The notes under the pieces were generated by a model. That model saw nothing but the letters and a program-made list of their open reading frames with translations, was not told the DNA's origin and searched no databases. Source: Phyllobates terribilis (taxonomy: Eukaryota). Taken from it: DNA of 64,000 bases. The position numbers and the translations under genes were made by a program. Location: assembly GCF_046119375.1 (NCBI RefSeq), contig NW_027362762.1:329344001-329408000 (forward strand). Reading direction: 5' to 3'. Of this stretch, positions 11,698 to 25,410 are shown one piece after another (the stretch's first letter is position 1; each line of letters begins with the position of its first letter).

Positions 11698-12581
11698 GCT
11701 ATGTCCTTAAGATAGGTCATCAATGTCTGATCAGCCGGGGTCCGACACCCGGCACCCCCGCCAATCAGCTATTCTCGGTGACGGCTGCGGTTGCCAGGCC
11801 GAACTGCTCAGTTGCGGAGCTGGCCTTCTTGTGATTGTGGCCTCGTCGGGGTACTGCACATCCACCCCCTATTCAACTCATGTTGTTGTCATGGCGGCAC
11901 TGTTGCAGCGATGTATACAATGACTGAGGCAGGGGGTGAAAGGTTTTTGTTTTTAAGCAGAGGATGCATAAAAAAATCCTGGAAATCCCCTTTAAGACTA
12001 TACTATTTTTATTTTTGTGAACGCCAGCATTCTTACTTAAAGAAGTTTGTCTACTACTTAAATATTGGTTGCTTATCCTTAGGATAGGTCATCAATATCA
12101 AATAATTGGGGGTCTTTTGCACCCCCCCATCGATCAGTTGTTTGCAGCAACAGCCGCATGTACCCGGTGCACAGATCTGGACCGGCAGCGGTCATTCTCC
12201 GGTGCTGCAGCTCAGCTCCTATTGAAGTGCTCGGACACTAAAAATGATATTCATCGAGGCACTGCAAATACTGATTGTGGGGGTGCCAAGTGTCAGAACC
12301 CCACCAATCTTATATTGATGACTTGGCCTAAGGATAGGCCAGCAATATCTAGGTATTCCACTTTCAGAGGATCAAAGGGGTTTTCCTACTGAATACATTT
12401 ATCACCTACTGACAGCTGTGCATCAGTACTAGGTGGGGAAGAGGGGGATGCAGCTGCAGTATCCCACTCAGTGTTTGGGTGAAACAATGTGGAATTTTTC
12501 CTGTCTCATATGCAGATGGTTCCTGACATGGATGGGACCTGTTTGTGTTGTAGTGTTTATAATGGTTTTGCTTTCTCCTAG

Positions 12582-12719
12582 CTGATCTGCAGGTCGCTGA
12601 GGCTGTCGCTCTTGTGCAGAGTATTCCTAACTGGACGGTTGTGGATCAGATAATCATGTCTACAAAAACACCTGATAGTAAACACATTTTCGGCAAAGGG
12701 AATTTTCAGGCTCTTACAG
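12582..12719 (+). CDS. GTPBP6: GTPBP6 coding exon 2
   Basis: 138 nt AG/GT exon encoding ADLQVAEAVALVQSIPNWTVVDQIIMSTKTPDSKHIFGKGNFQALT. Confidence 0.96.
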
Positions 12720-12799
12720 GTACGGTATATACTGTATTGTTACTTTGCCTCCTTGATTATATTGTATCATAATTACATTTGCAGTCAGCAGGACATTAA

Positions 12800-13448
12800 A
12801 GGAAAGCTATCACCTGATTCATGCTGTCCAAACCGCGGGCAGCATGAATCACAGCCTGGCTGCACGATTACATCCTTGTAAGCTTTTCTCTGACACGCTC
12901 CAGCACTTCAGAGAAGCTATACTGTAAAGATCCAACCAAAGACCATAGTGCTTCTCCCAGCACCCATGCAGGTGATTGACAGGTCTCTTCCATAGCAAGA
13001 GAACTGCTAGGCCTCATTCACACATCCAATATTTTTTTTTTTTTGCGTACAATGGGACCGATTATTCTGTTAGAGTTTGATTAGCGTATCATCCGCTTTT
13101 CTCAAACGTGTCTCTGATATTTGCCATGGACTACTTCGTCCAAGGAAAATATTAGACATGTGAATGGTCCCATTGAACATCATGGGTATGAGTGCTATCC
13201 ATGAAAATGACAGATAGCTCTCGTATGCGAAAATCGGATGTGTGAATGAGTCCTAAATCGCCTCTAACAGCCCTGGGTGGGGTTGGACTAGTCTCTTCTC
13301 CTGCTATGGTTCCTGCCGGGATCTTAAGCATATATTCTCTCTGAAACGCCTGAAAGTTTCAGATAAAGATAGAGCCTGGCTGCGTTTGTACAACCAGGCT
13401 CTGATTCATGCTTCCCACAGCTGCATGAATCGGCTGACAGGTTCCCTT
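12800..13448. mobile_element. TTAA-target MITE with a nested Harbinger-type MITE (~13010-13253)
   Basis: ttaa-aggaaagctatca ... tgacaggttccct-ttaa termini with inverted subterminal blocks; the nested element has ggcctcattcacacatcc / ggatgtgtgaatgagtcc ends. Coordinates approximate. Confidence 0.65.
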
Positions 13449-13465
13449 TAAATTCTGAGGCTTTA

Positions 13466-13751
13466 ATAATAATAATTAATTATTATTATCATCTTTATTT
13501 TTATATAGCGCTAACATATTCCGCAGCGCTTTACATACATTATCGTCGCTGTCCCCATTGGGGCTCACAATCTAGATTCCCTATCAGTATGTCTTTGGAG
13601 TGTGGGAGGAAATCTGAGAACCCGGAGGAAACCCACGCAAACACGGGGAGAACATACAAACTCCTTTCAGATGTTGTCCTTGGTGGGATTTGAACCCAGG
13701 ACCCCAGCGCTGCAAGGCTGCAGTGCTAACAACTGCGCCACTGTGCCACCC
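13466..13751 (-). mobile_element. tRNA-derived SINE
   Basis: Minus strand has Pol III A box (tggcgcagttg) and B box (ggttcaaatcc), a conserved body and a short A/T triplet-repeat tail; homologous to 43097-43358 and 44574-44760. Confidence 0.85.
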
Positions 13752-15929
13752 TGATACCTGGGATGTGAAGATGGCCGAGCTTAGAACTACAGGGATCACA
13801 CGGAAACAATCTGAGAAGTTACTATTTTACCTTAAGAATTAGGCCTCATTCAGACATTAGTTTTTCATGCACAAACATGATCCTTTTTTTTTCTTTCATG
13901 AATGGCACTTGTACCTAGGATTGTATAAGGGGCTTTTTTTTTTCTTTTTTTTTTTTTTTACCCTTGGATCGAGCAAAATCATGGAGACATATTGCCGAAT
14001 GTCAGATCAAAATCAGTAATACAAGTCTAGGGGTCCGTTAAAAAAAGAAAAAAAAAAAAAAAAATTGGACTGCACTTGGAAGTCATCTGTTTTTCACTGA
14101 CTGATAGAAGCTTGAGAAATTTGTTTTTCCTAATCGGCGAAAAAACAAAAAATGATTAAAATCACTGTTGAAACTCAGTCTGTTTTCCTCGTACGTAATA
14201 AAAAGCAAAACTGGACAAGTGAATGAGGCCTTAAAGGAGTATTCTCATCTCCAAGATCCTATCCCAATATATAATGGGTGCAACGATAACCATACTAGCA
14301 AACACCTCCAACTAGCATAGTTCCTCTGATTCCCATGTGCAGGGCATTGCAGTAGCTCAGGTATCCATGGCTTTTATGGATCACCATATTGATTGCCCTT
14401 CCTTGGGTTAAGCCATCCATATCAGACTGCGGGGGGGCACGAATCTCAGCAATCCTACTATTCAGCTCTTTTAAAGCACAACTGTGCATATTGGAGCCCA
14501 CCAGCCCCTTCGATGCTTACACTGCTCCTCTTTACTGCACTCTTTCTAGTAGCGGCAATGCAAGGTAGAGTTGAACAAAAATATTTGCAGAATCCTGGTC
14601 CAGCATCCTTGTTGGCAGACTTTGGCCACCGGACCAAAGCACTGCAAGCCTCCTATAGCTACATCATGTATGCATCATATCGTAACACAACATCGCAGGG
14701 GCCTTCTAATCAGAAGAGGACCCGGGGATGCTGCAGGTAGGAGGTTCACAGTGCTGTGGTCCAGCGGCCAAGAATTACCAACATTGCTGCTGTACCAGTG
14801 TTCTGCAAATCTTTTTTTTCTCAACTACAAGAATATTGTATTGAAGTGAAAAGGACAACAAAACCCAGCACGGCTGTGACTAACCAGACGGCTCACAGGT
14901 ATGCTGGGTAATGCAGGCCTTTTAAACAGCTGATTGGCAGGGATACCTAGATTATATCTATGAACTATTTTATAGGGTTATTCACAACATTAAAAGTTAT
15001 TGTCCTTTTGAATAGGAAATATTTTGCTAATTGGTGGGGGTCTAATTGCTGGGAATCCCATTAAGTATGGTGCTCTTAAATGTCCAGTTTGAAAACTATC
15101 TCTAATGACAGGACCCTTCACAGATCATTCCCAGTTGTCGGATCCCCATCGATCTGCAATTTATCTTCAATCCTTTCAGAAGAATAAGTAATAATGTAAC
15201 AACTTTTTGCTAAAGAAGATTCCAAATTCCCCCCCCCTATGTGAGTTTCATATCACCAAGTGGGGCATATGGGTAGAGCTTGTTTAGATGATGTAATCCA
15301 GGAGTGGAGAGCCTTTTTTTTTTTTTTTTTCTTTCTGTCAATGGCCATTTGAATATATATATATAACATAATTCACTGGCTGTAAAAAATCATCAACATA
15401 AAACGATCCGGCTATATTTGGTCAAACCAATAATTAACTCGCCCCCTAATGTGATGGCTGGAACGGCTTCTCTTTGGTGCGGCTGTGATGTTAGGTGATA
15501 GTGATGATGTTGCTACTTGTAACTGATATTTGCGTCGGTCTGGAGAGCAATTGACTCAGTCCATAAGTTTTGCAAAGAACTTGCAGCAGTATGTTACTCT
15601 CAACATAGATGCATATTACACTGCTGGTCTCCTCAAAGGGGGAAATTAATCACTGCTTATGTAACATTTATAGAGCTCAAGCAATGGGAGGTCCGCAGTA
15701 TATCTCACATAGGAGATGCTGGGACTGGAGCATATACATCATATAGTAGACTCTTGGGTAGGAGCATGTGCAGGGCATAGGAGGCGCTGGGGCTGCTATC
15801 TTCAGCAGAGGGACAGGAGCGCAACGCGCGCTAGCTACACCTAAAAAGAACGTAGTCTTTCATTGCAGGTGTCACAGTGTTCAGTAGTGAACGCTACATG
15901 TGCATACTCACAGTGTAAGGACAAATTAA

Positions 15930-18900
15930 CCGGTTCCCGACCGCCCACTGTAGATAAACGTCCGCGCTGCCTGGGCTCTGTGCAGCGCCGACGTTTAAAA
16001 ACGGTGGGTGGTCTCGCAGTGCTCAGGACCCCCAGGGTCCTGCAAGCACTGCGATTCCGGTGCAGAGCGTTAGCTCTGACAGGGTACATCATCGGGACCT
16101 GATTAGATCAGGTCCCAGTGATGTTAACCCTTTGCTGTCTTCTATATGCTGTGATCTATAGTGATCGCGGCATATAGGAGACAGCAGGAAGAGAGGGGGT
16201 CGTCTTACTTACCTCCGAAGACCTCCGTTTCGTTTGAGGACCTGGGGTTGCTATGGCAGCTGGAGGTCACATGACCGCCTCCAGCTCTGCCATATATGGT
16301 GTTCTTCCTGTCTGGCTTCAGCCTGTATGTAGCTGATGCCAGACAGGAAACTGACTGAAAGAGTCAGTGAAGATCTCATGTAATGTAATATATGTCTATT
16401 ACATTACATGAGATCAGTGATCAGAAAAATAAAAATTAATGTCCCATACAGGGACTAAGTAAAAATGTAAAAAAAAAGTTTTTAAACTATTAAAAAAAAA
16501 TCACAAAATAAATAAAAATAAATAAATAAAATATTAAACCAATAAATCCGTATATTATTACAAAACCAAAAAAAGTACACATATTTGGTATCGCCGCGTC
16601 CGAAACAACCTGAGCTATAAAACTGTCACACTAATTAACTCCTTCTGTGCACACCGTAATAAAAATAAATAAAAAACGGAGCAAAAAAATATGCTTTTTC
16701 ATCATATCGCCAAACAAAAAGTGGAAAAAAATGCGATCAAAAAGCAGAATAGAAATAAAAATGGTACCACTGAAAACTTCATCTTGTTCCGCAAAAAAAA
16801 GCCGCCATACAGCTCCATCAGCTGAAAAATAAAAAAGTTATAGCGCTCAGAATAAAGCAATGCAAAAAAAAAATATTTTTTTCTATAAAATAGTTTTATT
16901 GTGTAAAAGCGCCAAAACATAAAAAAAATACAGTAAGTGTAGTATCGCTGTAAACGTACTGACCCGAAGAATAACGCTGCCTGATCACTTTTACCACACG
17001 CAGAACGGCATAAAAAAAAACTCAAAAAAACAATTCCTGAAGTGTTTGTTTTTGTTAACTTTACCTCCCAAAAAACGGAATAGAAAGCGATCAAAAAATG
17101 TCACGTACCCAAAAATGGTTCCAATAAAAATGTCAACTCGTCCCGCAAAAAACAAGCCATCACATGACTCTATCGGCCGAAATATGGAAAAATTATAGCT
17201 CTCAAAATATGGTGATGCAAAAACTAGATTTTGCAAAAAAAGCGTATTTTAGTGTGTGACAGCTGTCAGTCATAAAAACCCGATATAAATCTGGTATCTC
17301 TGTAATCGCACCGACCCGAAGAATAAAGTAATCTAATCAGTTATATCACACTAGGAACGGCATAAAAAATAAATAAAACAAATATTATTCACCTGCTACT
17401 GATTTGTTTATTATGTCTCCCAAAGATCCCAGTAAGGCTCTGCTCACATTTATCCTGTGCTCTACGCTGAGCACTTACACCAGAGTTTCTGTGTAAATCT
17501 CTGAAATACGTGATTCAGCCAGAACCCATGATGGAAGATTCCCTGTAATGAGGCAGATATAGGCCACTGTGGACGCCGTCTAGCCTGGGATCCCACGGTG
17601 TCATTTGTTTTAGGCGTGCATAAAAGTGCGGTTGGCCACAGTTTTGTGCACTTCTGAAAAAAAGGACACCACTAAACAGAGGCCAGACGGAGTCCAGAGT
17701 AACTCTGCTGCCTCATTATAGTGAATGGATCCTGCAGGGGTTTCATCTGAATTACATCACTTGGAAATTTAGATGGAAACCCCGATGTAAGTGCTCAGCC
17801 TAGAGCGCCGGATAAATGTTACGTAAAATGTTCCCAATAAAAGCTTCAACTCAGTCCTCAAAAAAAGCTAGTCCCCACTCAGGTCCATCATCTGTTAAAA
17901 ATATAAGGGACTTCCAAGTTACTGGTAGCAGAAAGGCTCTGGAAAAGCAAAATGGTCCTTGCCCCCCAAAAGAAATTCAGAAAATTTTGTGCTCCCAAAT
18001 CCAAATGCCTATTCTACAATAATTTGTTCTCCAATTGTCAAATAGCACTCCTTCCCCCTCAAATCTCACCGTATGGCTAAGTGGTACGATACAGCCACAT
18101 ATGGGGTATTGACACTTTTAGAAGAAATTGTGTGACACATTTCGGCACCATTTTTACCCATTGCCCTGTGTGAAAATGTAAAATCTGAGGGTAAAACATT
18201 TTTTTGTGGTAAAAATATAATTATGCTTTTTTCATTGCCCAGTGGTATAAATTTAAAAATTAAAAAATGCTCACTACTTCCCTAGATGAATTCCTTGAGA
18301 GGTGTAGTTTACAAAATGGGGTCACTTGTGGGGGCTTCTGCTGTTTTGGCATGTCAGCGACTCTTCAAATGTGACATGGTGTCTGCTGCCTATCCCAGCC
18401 AACATAGCGCTTCTTTCTCTTCCGAACCCTGCCGTACACCAAAGCAGTGGTTTTCCCCCACATATGGGGTATCGGCGTACTCAGGAGAAACTGTACAACA
18501 AATTTCATGGTGCAATTTATCCTGTTACCCTTATGATAATGCAAAATTAGGGAATGAAAAACATTTTTTATGGGAAAAATGTGAAAATTTTATTTTTACG
18601 GCTCAATATTATAAACTTCTGTGAAGCAGCTGGGGGTGCAAGGTGCTCACCACACATCTAGATAAGTTCCCTAAGGGGTCTAGTTTCCAAAATGGTGGCA
18701 CTTGTGGGGGGTTTCCACTGTTTAGGCACATTAGGGGCTCCCCAAATGTGACATGGCGTCCGCTAATTATTCAAACAAATTTTACATTCAAAAAGTCAAA
18801 TGGCGCTCCTTCCCTTTCAAACCCTGCCATGTGCCCAAACAGTAATTTGCCTCCACATATGGGGTATCAGCGTGTTCAGGAGAAATTGCATAACAAATTT

Positions 18901-19988
18901 CATGGTGCAATTTATCCTATTACCCTTATGATAATGCAAAATTAAGGGATGAAAAACGGTTTTGTGGGAAAAATGTGAAAATTTTATTTTTACAGCTCAA
19001 TATTATAAACTTCTGTGAAGCACCTTGGGGTTCAAGGTGCTCACCACACATCTAGATAAGTTCCCTAAGGGGTCTAGTTTCCAAAATGGTGTCACTTGTG
19101 GGGGGTTTCCACTGTTTAGGCACATCAGGAGCTCTCCAAACGCAACATAGCGTCTGCTAATTATTCAGACAAATTTTACATTCAAAAAGTCTAATGGCGC
19201 TCCTTCCCTTCCGAACCCTGCCGTGCGCCCAAACAGTGGTTTTCCCTTACATATGGGGTATCAGCACGCTCAAGAGAAATTGCACAAAAAAATTTGGGGT
19301 CCATTTTTTCATGTTACCCCTGTGAAAATAAAAAAAATTGGGTCTAAAGTAACATTTTTGTGAAAAAAGTTAAATGTTAATTTTTTTCTTCCACATTCCA
19401 AAAATTCCTGTGAAGCACCTGAAGGGTTAATAAAGTTCTTGAATGTGGTTTTGAGCACCTTGAGGGGTGCAGTTTTTAGAATGGTGTCACTTTTGGGTAT
19501 TTTCTGTCATAAAGACCCCTCAAAGTGACTTCAAATATGATGTGGTCCCTAAAAAAAATGTTTTTGTAAATTTTGTTGGAAAAATGAGAAATCGCTGGTC
19601 AACTTTTAACCCTTATAGCTCCCTAACAACAAAAAAAAATTTTGGTTCCAAAATTGTGCTGATGTAAAGTAGACATGTGGGAAATGTTATTTATTAACTA
19701 TTTTGTGTGACATATCTCTCTGATTTAAGGGCATGAAAATTCAAAGTTTGAAAATTGGAAAATTTTCAAAATTTTTGCCAAATTTCCGATTTTTTCACAA
19801 ATAAACACAAGTTATATCGAAGAAATTTTACCACTATCATGAAGTACAATATGTCCCGAAAAAACAGTCTCAGAATCAGGGGAATACGTTGAAGCGTTCC
19901 AGAGTAATTACTTCATAAAGTGACAGTGGTCAGAATTGAAAAAATTGGCCCGGTCACGAAGGCAAAAACAGGCTCTGGCGCGAAGTGG
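15930..19988. mobile_element. Large non-autonomous TTAA-target (piggyBac-like) element with internal tandem arrays
   Basis: Flanked by TTAA at 15926-15929 and 19989-19992; imperfect CC...GG termini; no transposase ORF; internal ~390-bp units (ttc(t/c)tgtgaagca at about 18617, 19011 and 19405) and a nested MITE at ~17434-17819. Confidence 0.7.
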
Positions 19989-20071
19989 TTAACAGGACGA
20001 CGGCTGGCAAAAGCACTGCAGTCCCTTAGAATCTACCTGGGGGCAGAAGAAAGGACATAGTCAGCCATTAA

Positions 20072-20953
20072 GGTTATGTGCCCACGGTGCGGAAACACTC
20101 TGGATTTTTTCCTGAGCGTTTCTGCATCTCCCTGGCAGAAAAAAACGCATGCGGATTGTACATGTGTTTTCTGCCAGGGACAAGCGTATGTCCCGCGTTT
20201 TTCACATGTGATTTCGCATGCGGGTTGTCAAGCCCTTTTCCAAGCGATTTTTAGCATCACTTGGAAAAGTTCTTGACAACTTTGTCACACTATATAAATC
20301 CATGCAACTGGCATGGATTTATATAGTGTGACCAAGTTAATAGTAAAAGAATGGTAAAAAATAAACACTATACTCACCTTCCGATGGCCCCCGGTCTCCT
20401 TGTCCGGTGTGTTGGGCCGCTCGCGGTGGTCTAAAAGGACCTTCCGTCATGTGACTGTCACATGACTAAATAACGTCATGGAAGGTCCTTTTAGACCATC
20501 ACGAGCTGCCGGGGAGAGAGCACGCATCGCTGTGGAGACCGGGGGCCATCAGAAGGCGAGTATAATGTTTATTTTTTATTTTAAATTTATTTATTTTTTT
20601 ACAGGTACTATGGTACCCGGGTCAGGAGGAGAGGCTCCTCTTCTCCAGACCCGGGTACCATCCGCACACTGAATCTCTTAATATCCGCATGTGCACATGT
20701 AGTCATGTGGATATTATGCGATTCAATGCAAGTCAATGGCGGCGAAAATGCCATGATTACGCAAAATTAATGGTAGTGCTGCGGATTTTTCCTCAATGAT
20801 AATCCGCAACGGAAATTTCCGCAGCATGTGAACAGCACATGCGGATTATCATTGGGGAACATTTCAGACCTTCTGCCAAACGTTTTTTAAGCGTTTCTGC
20901 AGCAGAATTACCGCTGCGGAAACGCTTAAAAAACGCATCGTGGGCACACAGCC
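20072..20953. mobile_element. PIF/Harbinger-type MITE (family A), in GTPBP6 intron 2
   Basis: TIRs GGTTATGTGCCCAC / GTGGGCACACAGCC with TAA TSDs; opposite orientation to the 8689 copy. Confidence 0.85.
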
Positions 20954-21272
20954 TAACGGTCAGTGTGCCGGAGGTCCCTTGCCCCTGATATAATCCCTTT
21001 AATGCACGTTTTTTTTGTATGCAGTGCCAAAATTTGTCAAATTACACTCCAGGAGAACTTAATAGAAACCACATACCTAGCCAAGGTTTCCTAATCCCTT
21101 CTATTCTACTTCTTGGGGTAAAAAGTGCAAGCAGGATAGCAGGACTGAAAGCTAGACGTTGTCATCAAAGGCAAGAAGGGGGTTTCCATATTACAGTCTC
21201 ATGATTTATCTACAGGATGTCATCGCTAAATGTTCAGTCTATTATATATTTATTACATTTACTGTCTTACAG

Positions 21273-21343
21273 AAACAATTAAAGGCCTTCCGCAGCTCAC
21301 AGCAGTTTTCCTGAATGTTGACAGACTTTCTTCATTGAGTGAG
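21273..21343 (+). CDS. GTPBP6: GTPBP6 coding exon 3
   Basis: 71 nt; ETIKGLPQLTAVFLNVDRLSSLSE; cttacag acceptor and GAG|GTACTT donor. Confidence 0.93.
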
Positions 21344-23978
21344 GTACTTTTGAATTGTATGATCACTACTGTGATGGTTGTACAAGATGATTTAATGAAA
21401 CCTATAATCATGGCGGCTTATAGATTCTCAACCCCATCCTCCGTGCCACAGTGATGAATATATTCTACTACATTCTCTGAGTATATAGCAAAAGGATTGT
21501 TTAAATAAGGATGCCCAGTCTGGACAAGCCCAAGACACTTCTGAGACCTCTCATAATCTGCGGGGAATGCCTCGTTTCTATTCTCACCACGAGAATAAGG
21601 ACTCTTGGGGCTCATACCCATATGTGAGAATAAAAAACGTTCCTATATCTGGACCGAAAAAACGGACGAGTGTCATGTGATTTTCACGCAGTGGGCAGAT
21701 TGAGGCTAAGTGGCAGATTTGGAGCATCCTATGGATGCGCCATTTCTGGGGCGGCTGAGGTATGGTGTTTCAAGGCTATTAATATCAGTCCCCAGCTGTC
21801 TGGCTATCCTTTGTTAGTTGTTAAAATAGGGGGATCCCACGTATCTATATATATTTTTTTAAGCGGTCCTCCATTTTAATGGCCAGTAAAGGCTAAGTAT
21901 TCAGCTGAGGGCTGATATTAATAGCCTGGGAAGCTACAAACATCTGCCCCAGCTGTCTGCTTAACCTCTGCTAGAGTATAAAATTACGGTGGACCCCACG
22001 CCATTGTTTTTCTCTTTTTTGTTTTATTTTTTTAATTCTTTAATTTTACAATAAATGACAAGTACAGTAACAATCAGTCCCTGTAATAATTATATATATG
22101 ACTGACATCTTTTCTATCTAACTCTCTTTTTTTTTTTTTTGTCCGATTTGAGCTGAGAAAAAAATCGCACTCATTGATTAACATTGGTCCGAGTGCAATG
22201 CAATGTTTTATCGGATTGCACTCGTCCGCTTTCCTCGCATGTAAGTATGAGCCCTTACAAGGGTTGTATCATCTTATCTCTCCAGGACTGCACCGCTTCC
22301 AAACTCGCTGCTTTCTGGTGGAGGGTGGGAGGGTGCTCCTGAAGATTGACAGTTCAGACCAGCACCTTGGTTGTGGCACTGGTCCTGGAACTCATTGCGC
22401 TCCCATGCTGCTAGCAGGGGCAGCTTTTTTGTCTCTATAGCATGGAGAAGAGCATGGACACTGAAGGTGGCCAGATCCAGTGATATGGCCACCTTCAGAA
22501 CACGTGCTCCTGGTCTGGGAGGTGGCCACCTTTTGAGACTGCTGTGTTGGCCCGTAACCTAAGCAATGAGCAGTACACAATAGACTCAAAAGTCGCTCCG
22601 ATCTTGAGAACTGAGAGGATTTTTAATAAAAGGGAAATTGCAAAGTTGTTTGTTTTTTGTACAAGCACTTTGCAATTTTACCCGTTGATAAGATGAGACA
22701 ACCCCTTCATTTGTAAATGTATAGTGTAATGTATATTGCTGCTTATTTTATGGTTAATTTATTTTTTTTGGGGGGGGGGGGGGACTTGCTTTGAGAGCTC
22801 ATGTTCTGCTCATAGTCTTTCATCAGCTGTGCACAGATCCTGTGGTACTCCTTCATATGGAGTCATATAAATAGACTTTGTGCAGATAGAGATTTTTTTT
22901 TCCCCAGTAATCAACACTTTTAGGGGTGAAGGCACCTGTTCATAAGGAGCCTTATGGAATATATATATATATATTATTATTATTATTATTATTTATTTTT
23001 TTTTTTTTTTCTAGGTACTTAAAGGAGCTGTTGCACAGACGCATTAAACTGTAATCAAGAAATCTTGGACTAATAGGTTCCACAATTGGATATGTTAAAA
23101 AAATGTTCCTGTGTGGAGATCTTAACATTTATTAAGATATCTTAATCTTATAAATATGCCCCTGCTGTGTACTTTTATTTGCTGTGTCCTGCTCTCTGAC
23201 CTCAAGACTGTGACGTTGGAGCTCAGCGGCTGCTGGAGCTCCTAAGCCACTGACTTCAATTATGATGAGCTGGAGATGCAGCAGAAACACTCACTGCACT
23301 GATAAAATGGGCATTGAAATGTGTTACCTCACAGAAAGAGGTAACTGCAAGCCCATGCTGTGTTGTCTGTATATTGTCTTATTTTTTCCCATGGCCAGTA
23401 GATGTGGTATGTGCCGACCATGAACTGGAGCAGCTCTGCATTATCAGGCACAGCCATCACTCAGTACACAGCAGTGGTACGTTTATAAGATTATCTCAGC
23501 ACAGGAACACTTTTTTTTTTGTAACACATCCAATTGTGGAACTCTTAATTCTAAGATCTATTAATTAAGATGTACTCTGTTGTTGGGACAACCCATTTAA
23601 GGAATCCAACAGAAAAATCACTCATTATGCCTTCATATTGGAGGCATATTAAAATACTCCATCTATGACCGCCCAGTTATGTCATTTATGTGCTTGTCCC
23701 CTTACTTAAATGGATCAACTGAGATTTTTGAAAAAAGCTCTAAGAGGACGAAATATGTTAAATAATAGAATAAGGTTTTCAGAGCTATTTAATCCCCTGC
23801 TGTATTGGCTCACACTGATTCTGCATCTATAACATCAAGTCTATCATTCACACTGTTTTTCAGTCATTAGGCTTTTTGTAAGAATTTTGCACAAACCCTT
23901 TTGAAACTTTGTATATTCTTATTTTAATGCCAATGTTTATTCTGACAATGTTACTGTTCTTGTATTTTCTATAAACAG

Positions 23979-24109
23979 AAAGAGATGGAAGCCGGCTGGG
24001 GAGTGAGGGTATATGACAGATACAGTGTGGTCTTAAGTATTTTTCGTTACAATGCACGCACAAAAGAAGCCAAGTTACAGATTGCCCTAGCTGAGCTTCC
24101 ACTGCTGAG
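23979..24109 (+). CDS. GTPBP6: GTPBP6 coding exon 4 (ends at a non-canonical GC donor)
   Basis: 131 nt; KEMEAGWGVRVYDRYSVVLSIFRYNARTKEAKLQIALAELPLLR (HflX N-terminal motif); the phase-2 junction required by exon 5 falls at AG|GCATGG. Confidence 0.92.
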
Positions 24110-24969
24110 GCATGGAGACACTAGATATATTCCCTTTTCTCTTGGTTTTGTTGTTTCACATTCAGAATATGTTATATAATTTCTTAAAGTGATATTTTAC
24201 AATAAGATACAAATATTCACCAGTAAATATACAGTTTTCTCCTATCTTAAGGTGTTAAATGGACTTTCCGCTGAATAGGTAAATTTCTCTGTGGGCAGCG
24301 ATGACGGCATACTCACTCCTGCACTCTGCTCCGAAGGTCTCTCTGGGCTGGGTGATGTCACCATCCGGCATTGACCTGATTGGCGTGGCCTCTGATGACC
24401 AGTGACATCAGTGCTTCTGGGCTGGCGGAGACCCTCAAAGCTGCAGTGCTAATTGCAAAGCAGGGATCTGCGTCTAGGGGTGTGTATGCCATCTTTTATT
24501 GTTTTAACCCCATGACTACCCACGCGGAGATTCACCTCTTAAATGGAACCTCTTAAATGGAAATGTGTTAGCCCCAAAATGCATTTTAAACTAGCTGTAC
24601 AGTGAAATAGGGAACTTAGCCCTATAAAAATCATACCAGCACTGTGCATTTTATTGGTGCAGTGCTTGTGAATATTACTTTTAATGAGACCTTTTAAGGT
24701 TCCCTTGGTGTCATCAAGGGCTCAGTATACTGTTACATCCCCTTAATTAGCATTTTCTGGACTTCCTCCGCTTCATTCGTGATTGACAGCATTTGCTTGT
24801 CCTGCAAAAGAGCTGCCTGAATGCCGCCTGCGTGTCTGTGGGTGGATACATTCTCCTTCCTGACTCTACATTGATACACCTGAAAGTATAGTTGGCCAGC
24901 AGTTTCAGAGAGGAGCCAGGGAAGGATAACATGCGTACTTACACTGCCTAAATATCAGAAGACTGACCA

Positions 24970-25410
24970 TCACTTCCAAACAGAAAACAGGTGTGAACAG
25001 GTGCAAGCTAAGAGTAGTCACCTCCATATATAACTAACAAATTAAAGTTGCAGTCTGTAATGCTATAGTATGCAAATATGAAATCTGTGAAATTGGAATT
25101 GCATTGCTGCTCTAGAAAATGGGTTAAAATAAAGATGCTTAGCCCATAAATTGGCCAATTCATGTATGCCAAGCAACCAACGATCCTACCTACCCACATA
25201 AATGTAGGATATCAGCCCAGGAGCGGTATCATGTTAGGTTCCCAGCAAAGAGGATCACCTTGTTGTTGGTTGCTGAATGAATTGGCCAATTTATGCACGA
25301 AGTATCTTCATTTTAACCTATTTTCTAGAGCAATAATGCAATTCCAGTTTCATATATTTCGCGTTTTCATGCTCTAGTGTTGCAGAGTGCAGCTTTAATT
25401 TGTTACTTAG
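24970..25410. mobile_element. Palindromic (foldback) MITE remnant
   Basis: Arms of roughly 150-190 bp in inverted orientation; a homologous partial copy lies at ~48580-48830. Boundaries approximate. Confidence 0.6.

Noticed and set aside
15501-15526. Box C (GTGATGA) and box D (CTGA) motifs
   Set aside because: Only 26 nt in span, too short for a C/D snoRNA, with no terminal stem.
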